A DNA stretch of 64,000 bases from an uncultured Nanoarchaeota archaeon. Lineage in GTDB: Archaea > Nanobdellota > Nanobdellia > Pacearchaeales > GW2011-AR1. The notes beneath the pieces were generated by a model. That model worked only from the letters and a program-made list of their open reading frames with translations. It was not told the origin of the DNA and did not search any database. Location: the NCBI GenBank assembly GCA_963743615.1, contig CAVUQF010000001.1, positions 43,411-107,410 on the forward strand. The letters run 5' to 3'. Position 1 is the stretch's first letter. The number at the start of each line of letters is the position of its first letter. Of this stretch, positions 25,907 to 36,413 are shown piece by piece. The position numbers were made by a program, and so were the translations under genes.

Positions 25907-26721
25907 AAGGCGTAATTTTGGCAGGAGGTAAAGGAACCAGATTATACCCTCTTACAGCATCTACAAATAAGCACCTTGTTCCCGTTGGAAATCTTCCTAT
26001 GATTGAGTATCCATTGAGTACTCTTAGGAATCTTGGGATAAATCAGATTAGTATTGTTACGGGTGGTGAAAATTTATTAGATATTGCCAGATATTTACAA
26101 ACAGTACATAAATCTTTGAATTTTTCATATCACTATCAAAGTGAAGCAGGGGGTATTGCTCAAGCTCTTGCACTAGCCAAACCCTCATTGGAAGGGGAGA
26201 GAATAGCAGTAATTCTGGGGGACAATATTTTTGATGATAATTTAGTAGATGCTGTAAAAGAATTTGAAAGCTCAAAACTTGGGGCCATGCTTTTCTTAAA
26301 ACATATCCCCTCTGATGAGTTATATTTTGTTGATAAGGATGGAATTAGAAAAGCGAGATATGGTATTGCTAAGATCAAAGATAATCAAGTTAAGGATATT
26401 GAAGAGAAACCAGCTTATCCTAAATCAAGCATGGCCGTGTCTGGATTGTATTTTTATGACTCCACAATATTTGATAAAATAAAGACCTTGAAACCTTCGG
26501 CAAGAGGAGAGTATGAGATAAGCGACGTAAATAATTTATACATTAAAGAAGGGAGAATTGGATATCATACTTTGAACGGATTTTGGAGTGATGCAGGAAC
26601 ATTTGACAGTAGAGAATTATGCGAAAGGTTTGTAAAAAAAGGTCTTGAATCTAAAATATTGGAATCAATAATTTCATCTGAGAAAGATGAATTGCTTGGG
26701 AAAAACTTTAGATCAGAATAA
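25903..26721 (+). CDS. rfbA: Glucose-1-phosphate thymidylyltransferase
   Basis: ILAGGKGTRLYP, LGDNIF, EEKP, PSARGEYEI, WSDAGT. Confidence 0.93.
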   Translation: MKGVILAGGKGTRLYPLTASTNKHLVPVGNLPMIEYPLSTLRNLGINQISIVTGGENLLDIARYLQTVHKSLNFSYHYQSEAGGIAQALALAKPSLEGERIAVILGDNIFDDNLVDAVKEFESSKLGAMLFLKHIPSDELYFVDKDGIRKARYGIAKIKDNQVKDIEEKPAYPKSSMAVSGLYFYDSTIFDKIKTLKPSARGEYEISDVNNLYIKEGRIGYHTLNGFWSDAGTFDSRELCERFVKKGLESKILESIISSEKDELLGKNFRSE

Positions 26722-26779
26722 ATAGTTTTTATCTGCTTTTCACAAGTAATAAAAATGCTTTGCACCTTTGCTTCTCAAT

Positions 26780-28153
26780 ATGAATGAAGAAAAAAATGAG
26801 AATTTCTCTTTAACGAAAGATATATGGAGAAGGATAACAAAAAAAGATTTCTCTGGGAACACAGGAACGGTTATTAAAAATTCTGCGTACCAATTTTTAT
26901 ATCAAGTTGTTGATCAAATTGGTTCTATTATCTTTACAATACTACTTGCGAGGCTACTTATGCCTGAGCTTTTTGGATTGTATAATCTAGCTTTATCTAC
27001 AATTGTAATATTTGCTTCATTTTCAGAATTGGGGATTTCAACTACTCTAGTAAGATTCGTTTCTATACAATTAAGCCATCACAATAAAGGGAAGGCAAAA
27101 TCTTATGTGGTTTATCTTGCCAAAATAAAGTTTGCGCTCGTTTTAGTCTCGATGGGGGTTTTAATAATTTTATCAAACTATATCTCAAATACTTATTACC
27201 AAAAGCCATTATTCCTCGCGCTTATTGCTGGATCTCTTTACATTTTATTTCAAGGCGCCGTAATATTTATGCAAGCAGTGTTGCCTGCATTTAATTATTT
27301 TAAGGGGATATTCACAAATGAAGTTTTTTTTCAGATAACAAAGCTTATCTTGGTACCCTCTGCCATAATTTTGACATTAAAATATTCAATGTCCAACGAA
27401 AATATTTTATTTTATGTGATATTAGCCGTTGCTATTTCATACTTTCTTTCTTTTGTTTTCATGATTTTGTTCCCATTAAGAAAATCCAATCCGCTTAAGA
27501 ATGAGAAGTCTAACATAAAGTTAAAGAACCATAAAGAAGAAAATAAATTCTTATTCGGCGCAGCTGCCCTAAGCCTTTCAGGTGTATTTTTTGGTTATAT
27601 TGACAAGGTAGTCCTAGGCCACTTTGTGGCTTCTGAATTTATAGGATATTACTCTGTTGCACTAACCTTAATTGGCGGAGCAGCCTCATTATTAGGATTT
27701 GGTTCTAGCGCACTACTGCCGATATTTAGTCGTATCGAGGATAAAGAACAGCTTCGGAGAGGGTTTAGTAAGTCGTTAAAAATCACTTTATTTGCAAGTT
27801 TGATTATTTTTATTGGCACCTTAATTATAGCTTCACCCCTTATTACTATTCTTTATGGATCATCATACTCCCCCTCAGTTAATATGCTCAGAGCAATGTC
27901 TTTGCTTCTTTTTATAATCCCTTTAATAGGAATGTATAGTACTTACTTTTTATCAAAAGGAAAGCCCAACCTCTTGGTTATCCTTCTTGTAGTTTCTACG
28001 CTAGTTAATATAGGACTGAATTACTTATTAGTATCGTCCTTATTGAAGTATAACCAAATTTATGCAACTTATGGGGCAATTATTGCCATAACATTAAGCA
28101 ACTTAGTTTATTTATTAGGAATGGTGATCTTCAAAAGATATAAAAAATTATGA
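26780..28153 (+). CDS. Wzx-like oligosaccharide flippase (MOP family)
   Basis: LARLL.PELFGLY, ~12 TM helices, IGYYSVA; lies in glycan locus. Confidence 0.88.
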   Translation: MNEEKNENFSLTKDIWRRITKKDFSGNTGTVIKNSAYQFLYQVVDQIGSIIFTILLARLLMPELFGLYNLALSTIVIFASFSELGISTTLVRFVSIQLSHHNKGKAKSYVVYLAKIKFALVLVSMGVLIILSNYISNTYYQKPLFLALIAGSLYILFQGAVIFMQAVLPAFNYFKGIFTNEVFFQITKLILVPSAIILTLKYSMSNENILFYVILAVAISYFLSFVFMILFPLRKSNPLKNEKSNIKLKNHKEENKFLFGAAALSLSGVFFGYIDKVVLGHFVASEFIGYYSVALTLIGGAASLLGFGSSALLPIFSRIEDKEQLRRGFSKSLKITLFASLIIFIGTLIIASPLITILYGSSYSPSVNMLRAMSLLLFIIPLIGMYSTYFLSKGKPNLLVILLVVSTLVNIGLNYLLVSSLLKYNQIYATYGAIIAITLSNLVYLLGMVIFKRYKKL

Positions 28154-28163
28154 TACTAAAATA

Positions 28164-28958
28164 TCATTTAGAAAACAAATATTCTTCAACAGTGGTACTT
28201 TCTTTTCTTAGCCCTTTACAGAGATAGCTTTTATTATCTTTATTAATTAATTCGCAATTTATCCCTCTTGAAATTAACAATTTACCCAGTCTTATAGTAC
28301 TTAATTTTTCGCCCTCAAAGTTATAAATCTCTCTCTTATTCCTCTTATTTAAAATATCAAAAATTAAATCGGAGAGGTCATTAACATACATATATTGCTT
28401 AAAAAAATTTACATCTAAAGCTATCTTTTCATTCTTATTAATTTTACCCTTTAATATATCTATTAAGCCTTTACCCCCCTCGCCATAAATATTACAAATC
28501 CTAAGCGAAATGGCTTTAATACCATGAGAAACATTTGCTCTTTTCAACAAATATTCAGAAAATATTTTGTATAAAGAGTAGTCATCAGTAGGAACTAATT
28601 CTGAACCTATTCTAGCTTTCGTTTTCCTATCACCATAAACTGCGTAGCTAGACGCAAAATAAAATTCTTTTACCTTAGCTTTTATCGCACAATCTAAGAC
28701 CTTTCTTGTTAGATTATAACTTTTTTCTGAATCCTTACCAAAAGGGGATCCTGCAAGGTGAATTAATACATCCAAATCTTCGAAATCTTTTTCACTACAC
28801 TTGAAGAGATCTTTTACCACTGATTTAGAATTCTTTAGTTGAAACTTGGTATTACTGAGAAAAAGAGTCAAGTCATATCTTTCTGATAACGTCTCTGCAA
28901 GCCTTTTACCGATAAACCCCCCTGCCCCTGTTATTCCTATTCTCTTATACCAATCCAT
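28164..28958 (-). CDS. NAD-dependent epimerase/dehydratase (SDR)
   Basis: GAGGFIG, ASSYAVYG, YSLYK. Confidence 0.85.
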   Translation of the reverse strand: MDWYKRIGITGAGGFIGKRLAETLSERYDLTLFLSNTKFQLKNSKSVVKDLFKCSEKDFEDLDVLIHLAGSPFGKDSEKSYNLTRKVLDCAIKAKVKEFYFASSYAVYGDRKTKARIGSELVPTDDYSLYKIFSEYLLKRANVSHGIKAISLRICNIYGEGGKGLIDILKGKINKNEKIALDVNFFKQYMYVNDLSDLIFDILNKRNKREIYNFEGEKLSTIRLGKLLISRGINCELINKDNKSYLCKGLRKESTTVEEYLFSK

Positions 28959-29940
28959 CTTGCTTCAACAAATCGATAATCTCTTTTTGATTTAGTCTTT
29001 TCGTATTTTCAGAACTATACTCTTTAATTTTCTTATTCATAAGAGAGGGCTTCTTTAATTTACCATACCTAGAAATTATATATTTATCTTCTAGTTCTAT
29101 ACAACGATAAATTTCATCTTCTGAAACTAAAAGTTCATGTATCTTTTCGCCAGGACGTATTCCTACAATTTCGATAGGATAGTCTGGATTTCCGGACAGG
29201 GCTTTTCCCATGGCCTTGGCAAGATCTAAATTCGTTGCGGCAGGCATTTTCTTAACAAAGACTTCTCCCCCCTTACCCTCTTTAATTGAATAAAAGATCA
29301 AGTCAACAGCATCTTTTAATCTTAGCAAAAACCGAGTCATATTTGGATCGGTTATAGGGAGGGGTTCATTATTTTCTATTTTTTCTTTGAAGAAAGGCAC
29401 AACACTTCCTCTGCTTCCTAAAACGTTACCATATCTAACGCAAATGAATTTAGTAGTATCCTGTTTATCATTTGCCGCCAACATTAATTTTTCTTGCAAC
29501 GCTTTAGTCATACCATAAACATTAGTGGGTTTCACAAGCTTGTCTGTTCCTATCCCTAGAACAACTGGCACCTTGTTTTGTATTGACGCTTTTATTATAT
29601 TCTCCGCCCCAAGAACATTAGTTTTAATAAATTCTAAAGGTTCTTCTTCTGAAGGAGGTACATGTTTTAGTGCAGCAGCGTGTAAGATCACATCTACCCC
29701 CCTAGTTACCTCTAACATTCGGTCATAATCTCTGATATCCCCTAGCTCAAATTTTAAAAAAGGGACATTTGATAAGAGATTTTTCATATGGTACTGCTTA
29801 TTTTCATCTCGTGAAAGCACGATAAGTTTCTCTGGTTTATATCCTTCTTCTACTATAAAATTAATTATTTGGTTCCCAAGACTGCCCGTGCCTCCCGTAA
29901 CAAGAATCTTCTTACCATCTATTATTTCATTATATTTCAT
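28945..29940 (-). CDS. UDP-GlcNAc 4,6-dehydratase (PseB/FnlA/CapE-like)
   Basis: TGGTGSLG, SRDENKQ, HAAALKHVP, RYGNVLGSRGSVVP, GIRPGEKIHE. Confidence 0.92.
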   Translation of the reverse strand: MKYNEIIDGKKILVTGGTGSLGNQIINFIVEEGYKPEKLIVLSRDENKQYHMKNLLSNVPFLKFELGDIRDYDRMLEVTRGVDVILHAAALKHVPPSEEEPLEFIKTNVLGAENIIKASIQNKVPVVLGIGTDKLVKPTNVYGMTKALQEKLMLAANDKQDTTKFICVRYGNVLGSRGSVVPFFKEKIENNEPLPITDPNMTRFLLRLKDAVDLIFYSIKEGKGGEVFVKKMPAATNLDLAKAMGKALSGNPDYPIEIVGIRPGEKIHELLVSEDEIYRCIELEDKYIISRYGKLKKPSLMNKKIKEYSSENTKRLNQKEIIDLLKQDGLV

Positions 29941-31082
29941 TTTAAGGCTTCTTCATAGATCTTCTTTAATTTTTCATTTCTCTTTTTTATACAGAATTTC
30001 CCATATATAACTCTTTTGTAGCCTCTTTCCCCCAAAACTTCTGCTTTTTTGTTGTCATCTATTAAAGCTGAAACTGCTCGGATAATCTTTTCTGAATTTT
30101 TTTCTGAATTTTTTTTTATTTTCTCCAAAACTTCATTATTATAACAGGGTATATTATTTTCATCAATATGATGTACTTCTTCTGCTTGTACTAATATACC
30201 GTTGGAATTATCAACATATTCTTTATTTGCCCAAAGATCATAAGTTATTATTGGTAGTTTGAAAAACATTGCCTCTATATAAGCCATTGAAGGCGTGTGA
30301 TAATTCATTTGTACAAATATTTTTGATTTGTTCATTATCCCCCATAACTCTTTTTGGGGCTGGGGTTTCATTATAATTAGATTTGAGGGATACTCTTTTT
30401 TCAAGGATTCAGGGATTTCACTCAAGACCATGAACTTATAGGAAGGATATTTTCTTGCAAGTACATCAAAGGCCTTCAGGGTTTCAATGCCCCCCTTTAT
30501 AAAAAAAGGTAGATCCCCCGAGATATTAGCTGTTCCCATGAAGAGGATAATACTTTCCTTTTTTACCTTTTTTCTATATTCAAGAGGGATAACTGTTGTT
30601 GGATAAACCACTTGTTGAGGTTTTTTTACCTTTTCTCCAAAGAATAACTCAAATGATTTCAGGGCTTCATAATTTATAGGCATTAGATATCTTAAGTTCT
30701 CTCTGCATAATCTCTTTATCGCTTTTTCCTTGTTCTTTTGATTATTTTTATCATTTATATCTACAAAATTGTATGCATGTTCGTAATCTGCAACACATCT
30801 TTTGTTAGTATCTCCTAAGTGAAAGGTAAAATGAATTAAATCTGCATCAGACTCCTTTCTTAAAAGGTGTATTATTGACTTATCAAAATTTTTCATAAAG
30901 GGAAAGATCTTTATGGTAACTTTTCTTATCTTACCTAAGAGAGAATAGCTATTGTTATTTATTAATGAAAACTCTGATTTTAGATATTCGACTCCATCTG
31001 GAGGATTTTGGAAGAAAGAATTGTATAGGGAATGAACTTTTCTAGTGATATTAAAATCTAGCTGAACCTTTATTTTTCCCAT
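29937..31082 (-). CDS. Glycosyltransferase family 4
   Basis: C-terminal GT-B: KGG, IEAMFFKLPII, NGILV. Confidence 0.82.
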   Translation of the reverse strand: MGKIKVQLDFNITRKVHSLYNSFFQNPPDGVEYLKSEFSLINNNSYSLLGKIRKVTIKIFPFMKNFDKSIIHLLRKESDADLIHFTFHLGDTNKRCVADYEHAYNFVDINDKNNQKNKEKAIKRLCRENLRYLMPINYEALKSFELFFGEKVKKPQQVVYPTTVIPLEYRKKVKKESIILFMGTANISGDLPFFIKGGIETLKAFDVLARKYPSYKFMVLSEIPESLKKEYPSNLIIMKPQPQKELWGIMNKSKIFVQMNYHTPSMAYIEAMFFKLPIITYDLWANKEYVDNSNGILVQAEEVHHIDENNIPCYNNEVLEKIKKNSEKNSEKIIRAVSALIDDNKKAEVLGERGYKRVIYGKFCIKKRNEKLKKIYEEALK

Positions 31083-31163
31083 AAAAATAGATATTGAATC
31101 TCTTTTAAAATCTTAGCCTCAAGGGGTAATAATCTTTATAAATAGAGGGGTAAACTTAAAGGG

Positions 31164-32417
31164 ATGGAGAAATACTTAATTAACCCCCCGTCACCTTTCT
31201 TAATAAACGAAAAGGTATTCCCTAATTTAGGTTTAATCAGTCTGGCTACTTCTCATGATCTTGATATTATAGATTTTTCAGGGGATAAAGATTTCGAAGA
31301 TACTGCAGGAGATATTAGGGGGGATTGGTTTGGATTTTATTCAACAACTCCTCAATTCCCTATGGCCTACAAGATTTTCAAAAGAGTAAAAGAGAATAAT
31401 CCAGATGCTACATTTGTAATCGGGGGGCCTCATGCCTCCGCGGTTTTTAATTCAGATGAAGGGGATATAAATAAAAAAAGAATAGAAGAATTTGATCATA
31501 TTTTTGTAGGGGAAGCGGAAAAAGAACTGAAGATAACGGGTAAGTATACTTTTTCAAGCCTGATTACAGATATTGATAGTATCAAAATCCCTGACAGAAG
31601 TAAGGTAGACATAAAAGGCTATCATTACAGCATCCTTGGCAAAGAGGCTACAACCATTATGACTCAGAGAGGCTGCCCGTTCCAATGTTCCTTTTGCTCT
31701 GGCAGAGAAGTTGAAATGTATAAAAAAGTAAGACAACATTCAGCCAGTAGAATTTTAGAAGAGATGGACCATTTAAATTCTAAATTCGGGTATGAAGCCT
31801 TTATGTGGTATGATGATGAAATAAACACCCGCCCGAGTAGACTGGAGGAAATAGCATCTTCTCTTAAAAAGAGACCTTATATTCACAGAGGATTTGTAAG
31901 AAGTGATCTGGTTGTAAAACATCCAGAAACTGTGGATTATCTAGCAGATATGGGTTTTGTTGAATTATGTTTTGGAGTTGAAAGTGGGAGTAATAGAATC
32001 TTAGACCTTGTGAATAAAGGGACCAATTATGACATGAATATGAAAGCAATTGAGCTAATAAAAGCAAGCGGTATAAAAACAAAAATATTTACAATTGTGG
32101 GATTACCTGATGAAACTTACGAAGATGTTATGTTAACAAAAAGATGGATAGAAGAAGCCAAACCGGACGATTTTGATGTTGTTATTCTGAGTCCTTACCC
32201 TGGATCAAAAATATATAATCTTGCCCAGCCCACAGGAGAAATGGAAGGATATGATTTTGAGTATAAGGGCCTGTTTTTTAATAAAATAGATTTTGCTAAT
32301 GAAGATTCTTTTTATAAAGGAAAACCGGGAGACTATTCTTGTTTTGTAAGAACAAGAAGTTTGACGTCAGAAGATATAATCCGGTTAAGAGATAGTATAG
32401 AAAGAGATCTAAAATAA
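31164..32417 (+). CDS. Cobalamin-binding radical SAM protein (class B methylase-like)
   Basis: PNLGL...IGGPHAS B12-binding domain; RGCPFQCSFC CxxxCxxC; FGVESGS; VGLPDET. Confidence 0.9.
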   Translation: MEKYLINPPSPFLINEKVFPNLGLISLATSHDLDIIDFSGDKDFEDTAGDIRGDWFGFYSTTPQFPMAYKIFKRVKENNPDATFVIGGPHASAVFNSDEGDINKKRIEEFDHIFVGEAEKELKITGKYTFSSLITDIDSIKIPDRSKVDIKGYHYSILGKEATTIMTQRGCPFQCSFCSGREVEMYKKVRQHSASRILEEMDHLNSKFGYEAFMWYDDEINTRPSRLEEIASSLKKRPYIHRGFVRSDLVVKHPETVDYLADMGFVELCFGVESGSNRILDLVNKGTNYDMNMKAIELIKASGIKTKIFTIVGLPDETYEDVMLTKRWIEEAKPDDFDVVILSPYPGSKIYNLAQPTGEMEGYDFEYKGLFFNKIDFANEDSFYKGKPGDYSCFVRTRSLTSEDIIRLRDSIERDLK

Positions 32418-33281
32418 TTAATTCGTAGGCATAATATATTTTTTATACTTCTTCTGATTTTTATAAATTTCTTTTGGGAATGAACTATCTATTGGCACAT
32501 AAGTCACCTTTTTATTATCATATAAAAATTCACCTTTTTTTATTTTTTCTAAAATATTTTTAGGGTCTTTATTCTCAGGAGTATCTTTTTCAAAATGGCA
32601 TATTGAAGAAATTTTATTGATGATTGTATCCACATCTCCCAAGAAAGAAAAATGCCATCCCCCATTTTTGATGATCGGAACTTTCTTTCCAAAAAACATT
32701 TTTATACGAAGAGGAATATTCCAAATATGCCTGAATCTGTCCATATTTAGATTAAAATCCTTTTTCAATGTTTTAAACGTGCATGCTCTAGTTCCCATCC
32801 ATCCCGAACTTGTAAATCCATTTAAAAAGAAGTTATAGAAGTTCTCATCAAATAAAACTATCTTCTCTTTCTTCAATATTTGGATCATTTCTGGAATTTT
32901 TTCAGGTCGTGGTATCTCATCCAAATCCGACATCATAACAATGTCATCATTTTGGCAATTTGTTAATCCTCTAACCATCTGTTTTTTTTGATATGCTTCT
33001 AGTTTCCATGATCCCCCCTTAAGTATAGAATTAATTTTCCAATTATTTCCGTAAGTAATCCCCGGTTTTGGCATATCGTCAACTATAACATGTATTATTT
33101 TGTCTTCCCATTTTTTGAATCTCTCTTTATTTTCTTCAAAGTACAATGGTTTGTCCTTTCCTCTATGAGTCTTGGTAGCCTCTACCAATACAAAATGGTC
33201 AACAACAGAGTCTAAAGTTTTTAGTCTAATTTCCAAAAGATCCAACTCATTATAAAAGATGAAACAATCGTAAACTTCCAT
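32418..33281 (-). CDS. Glycosyltransferase family 17 (MGAT3-like)
   Basis: YDCFIFYNELDLLEIRL...VDHFVLVEA..TH.G..KPL, SDLDEIP, GWHFSF. Confidence 0.88.
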   Translation of the reverse strand: MEVYDCFIFYNELDLLEIRLKTLDSVVDHFVLVEATKTHRGKDKPLYFEENKERFKKWEDKIIHVIVDDMPKPGITYGNNWKINSILKGGSWKLEAYQKKQMVRGLTNCQNDDIVMMSDLDEIPRPEKIPEMIQILKKEKIVLFDENFYNFFLNGFTSSGWMGTRACTFKTLKKDFNLNMDRFRHIWNIPLRIKMFFGKKVPIIKNGGWHFSFLGDVDTIINKISSICHFEKDTPENKDPKNILEKIKKGEFLYDNKKVTYVPIDSSFPKEIYKNQKKYKKYIMPTN

Positions 33282-33312
33282 GGAAATTGATAAAATATCC
33301 AAATTTATAAAA

Positions 33313-34239
33313 CTATTTTTTCGAAGAGTTACTTGTCCAAGAGTTTCTCTCTCTTCTCTTCTCTTTTATCTCTTCAAGGTTAGCTATATTTTCTTTATAG
33401 GCCCTTGCTAGTAATTTTAATCTTCTAAATGGTTTTTTATTGATAACTGCAGAACCAAAGTGAATCACAGAATGCTTCAATATTTTTGCCAAACTGAAAT
33501 TGAGCCATTCGAGCCTTATCGCATTTCTTTTTTTTATAAACCATATCTTCTCATTGAAGATAGTTTTTGTGGAAGAACTTCCATGATGTATTAATTCTGT
33601 CGTTCCAACATAAACTAGTTTAAAACCCTTCTTTCTTGCCCTATAACAGAAATCAGTTTCCTCTCCATAAGCCGGAGAAAATTTTTCATCATACAGACCT
33701 ATCTCATCCAAAACTTTCCTCTTTATTAAAAAACAGGCCCCAATCACATTTTCAACATCTTTTATTACTTCTGTATCATTTCTGTCTCTATGCTTTCTAT
33801 TTGTTTTGTCAAAATGCATTTTTCCATCACTAAAAAACCATTGGAGGCTTCCATCAGGATAGATAATTTTGCACCCTAGAATTCCAATATTCTCATCACT
33901 CTCTCCAACTTCAATCATTTTTTTAAGCCAATCCCTTTGTACTACTTCTGTATCATCATCAACATGAAGGATATAATCCGGGTTATATCTTTCAATTGTT
34001 TTCCTAATAAGAATATTATTTGAGATAGAATATCCAAGATTTTGATCATTTTTTGAAACATCTACTCCCCGGAACTCTTTCTTTATTTTATCTCCTATTT
34101 CTCCTGTTCCCGAATCATCTATTACAAATATTTTGTAATTTTTGTAATCCGTTTTTTCTTTTATACTTATAATACATTTTTGAAGTAATTCTTCTTGGTT
34201 ATAAGTTGAAGTAATTATTGCAACTTTTGGAGTATTCAT
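33313..34239 (-). CDS. Glycosyltransferase family 2 (rhamnosyltransferase-like)
   Basis: IDDS, NLGYS..NN, HVDDDT, GACFLI, EETDFCYR. Confidence 0.9.
   Translation of the reverse strand: MNTPKVAIITSTYNQEELLQKCIISIKEKTDYKNYKIFVIDDSGTGEIGDKIKKEFRGVDVSKNDQNLGYSISNNILIRKTIERYNPDYILHVDDDTEVVQRDWLKKMIEVGESDENIGILGCKIIYPDGSLQWFFSDGKMHFDKTNRKHRDRNDTEVIKDVENVIGACFLIKRKVLDEIGLYDEKFSPAYGEETDFCYRARKKGFKLVYVGTTELIHHGSSSTKTIFNEKIWFIKKRNAIRLEWLNFSLAKILKHSVIHFGSAVINKKPFRRLKLLARAYKENIANLEEIKEKRRERNSWTSNSSKK
33841..33959. repeat. 119-bp near-identical tract shared with 36920-37038
   Basis: One mismatch (gcacc versus gcccc) by manual alignment. Confidence 0.9.
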
Positions 34240-34360
34240 GAATATGATAGGTCTAAATCTATTTTAAATTTTAGTATATTTAACAGAATTAGATTCTGTT
34301 ATATTATTGATTAGTACATTCTTTCATAATCTTTATAAATTGATAAGTAAACATGAGAAT

Positions 34361-35263
34361 ATGAAAAGAATTTATATTGCTGGATGCGGAGGAATGCTTG
34401 GAGAAGCCTTCTACAAGACATTTAATGATAATTTTGAAATAAAATGTAGTGACATAGATGTGAATGAACCCTGGCTTTCTTACCTAGATTTCAGGGATTT
34501 TGAAGCATACAAAAAGGATGTTTTTAATTTTAAACCTGATTTTTTGTTTCATCTTGGCGCATATACTGATTTGGAATATTGTGAGACTCACCCTGAGGAA
34601 ACATATAAAACAAATACCATAGCGGTGGAGAATGCAGTTTATATTGCAAATGAATTAAAGATCCCTTTATTATACATAAGTACTGCTGGAATATTTGATG
34701 GGAAGAAAAGTCTGTATGACGATTGGGATTTGCCAAATCCTTTAGGAGTTTATGCCCGATCAAAATATCTTGGTGAAAGATTTGTAATTGAAAATGCTAA
34801 TAAGTATTTGATATGTAGGGCCGGCTGGATGATGGGGGGAGGACCCAAAAAGGATAAAAAATTTGTTCAAAAAGTACTAAGCCAAATTAAGAGTGGGAAA
34901 AAAGAATTATTTGTTGTTAATGATAAAGAGGGTACTCCAACGTATACTCATGACTTTGCAAAAAATGTTAAATTGTTATTAAGCAAGGAATATTGGGGTT
35001 TGTATAATATGGTCTGTACGGGTCAAACAGGGAGACTAGAAGTTGCTAAAGAGATAATAAATATCTTGAAACTTAAAGATAAAATAAAAATTACGGCGGT
35101 ATCATCAGACTATTTTAAAAAAGATTACTTTGCAAGCAGACCTGCATCTGAGGATTTGATAAATAAGAAGTTAAATCTTAGAGGATTAAACATCATGAGG
35201 GATTGGAAAGTCTCTCTCAAAGAGTATCTCGATAACTATTACAATGGTTACTTGGATAAATAA
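34361..35263 (+). CDS. rfbD: dTDP-4-dehydrorhamnose reductase (RmlD-like SDR)
   Basis: GCGGMLG, AYTDLEYCE, ISTAGIFDG, PLGVYARSK, GTPTY. Confidence 0.85.
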   Translation: MKRIYIAGCGGMLGEAFYKTFNDNFEIKCSDIDVNEPWLSYLDFRDFEAYKKDVFNFKPDFLFHLGAYTDLEYCETHPEETYKTNTIAVENAVYIANELKIPLLYISTAGIFDGKKSLYDDWDLPNPLGVYARSKYLGERFVIENANKYLICRAGWMMGGGPKKDKKFVQKVLSQIKSGKKELFVVNDKEGTPTYTHDFAKNVKLLLSKEYWGLYNMVCTGQTGRLEVAKEIINILKLKDKIKITAVSSDYFKKDYFASRPASEDLINKKLNLRGLNIMRDWKVSLKEYLDNYYNGYLDK

Positions 35264-35282
35264 ATTTTCCTTTGGTTATTAT

Positions 35283-36413
35283 TTAACTTAATAGAATTTT
35301 AATGTATTCTTTCCCCCATTTGTCTAAGGATAGTTTTTTTACGTCTTCTTTCGAGTTGTAAGTTATCTTGTTAAATCTCTTTTTATCATTTAAAAGATCA
35401 AATATCCTATTTCCTTCATATTGATAATCCTCTTTTATAATCAATCCATTTTTCATATCTTCAAAAATTTCCTGCCTTGAATCTTCGGAGGTTAATATCA
35501 TACATCCAGAAGCCATAGCCTCTGACGTTACCATTGTCGGAGATCCTCCCTCATATCTAGACATACAAAAGAAAATATCTGAAGCGGAGTAATAAAAAGG
35601 CATTTTATCTCTTGATTGCGGAGGAACGAGGGTAATAAATTCCTTTTCAACATAATTTTTTACCTTTTTGTAATCTGCGCCCACTACGAGTAATCTATAA
35701 TTTCTATTTAGCTTATAAATTTCTTCAGATAATTTTACAACTCGATCTAATCCTTTGGTCCAATATCCCCCTCTTCCAACATATAGTCCATAGATTTTTT
35801 TTGCATCCAAGTTTAATTCCTTTCTTGCCTTATTTTTATTATAATGTTTGAATTCTCTTAAGTCAACTCCTGTTCTTATCATCTCAATATCTTTTCTATT
35901 GCCATACAACTTGATCATTTCTTCTCTTACATGTTCGGAAACACATATAATCTTGTCCGCCTTTTTCATTGGAGGTTTTTCAATAAGATACGAGTAAATT
36001 AAAAGGGGGAATAATAAAGCTCCTTTTAGCAATCCAAACCTTTTTAGATGATTTCTAAAAAAATAGTAGGTGGATCCATGATATGTATGAACAATTAGTT
36101 GATCAGCTTTCTTTTTATAAAATTTCAGCCAAAATCCCCAAATCGCATGGGAATTTATTATATCAAATTCATTTTTATTCATTAATTTTATTAGACGGAG
36201 ATTAAAACTGATTTCATCTAAGGGGTATATCTTGGTAACTTTTATCTCTATAAACTTAATATTATTTTTTTCATAAACTCTGTTTTTATCTCCTTTATAC
36301 ACCCAGCAGAGGTTATATTTTTTTGGGATAAACTTAATCAGATTATTTACATAAGAACTCATGCCCCCCAAAAATTCCGGATTTGAACCCACAATGCAGA
36401 TGTTGTTATTCAT
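35283..36413 (-). CDS. Glycosyltransferase family 4
   Basis: GGMS, HTYHG, KGLDR, SRYEG...EAMASG. Confidence 0.9.
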   Translation of the reverse strand: MNNNICIVGSNPEFLGGMSSYVNNLIKFIPKKYNLCWVYKGDKNRVYEKNNIKFIEIKVTKIYPLDEISFNLRLIKLMNKNEFDIINSHAIWGFWLKFYKKKADQLIVHTYHGSTYYFFRNHLKRFGLLKGALLFPLLIYSYLIEKPPMKKADKIICVSEHVREEMIKLYGNRKDIEMIRTGVDLREFKHYNKNKARKELNLDAKKIYGLYVGRGGYWTKGLDRVVKLSEEIYKLNRNYRLLVVGADYKKVKNYVEKEFITLVPPQSRDKMPFYYSASDIFFCMSRYEGGSPTMVTSEAMASGCMILTSEDSRQEIFEDMKNGLIIKEDYQYEGNRIFDLLNDKKRFNKITYNSKEDVKKLSLDKWGKEYIKILLS

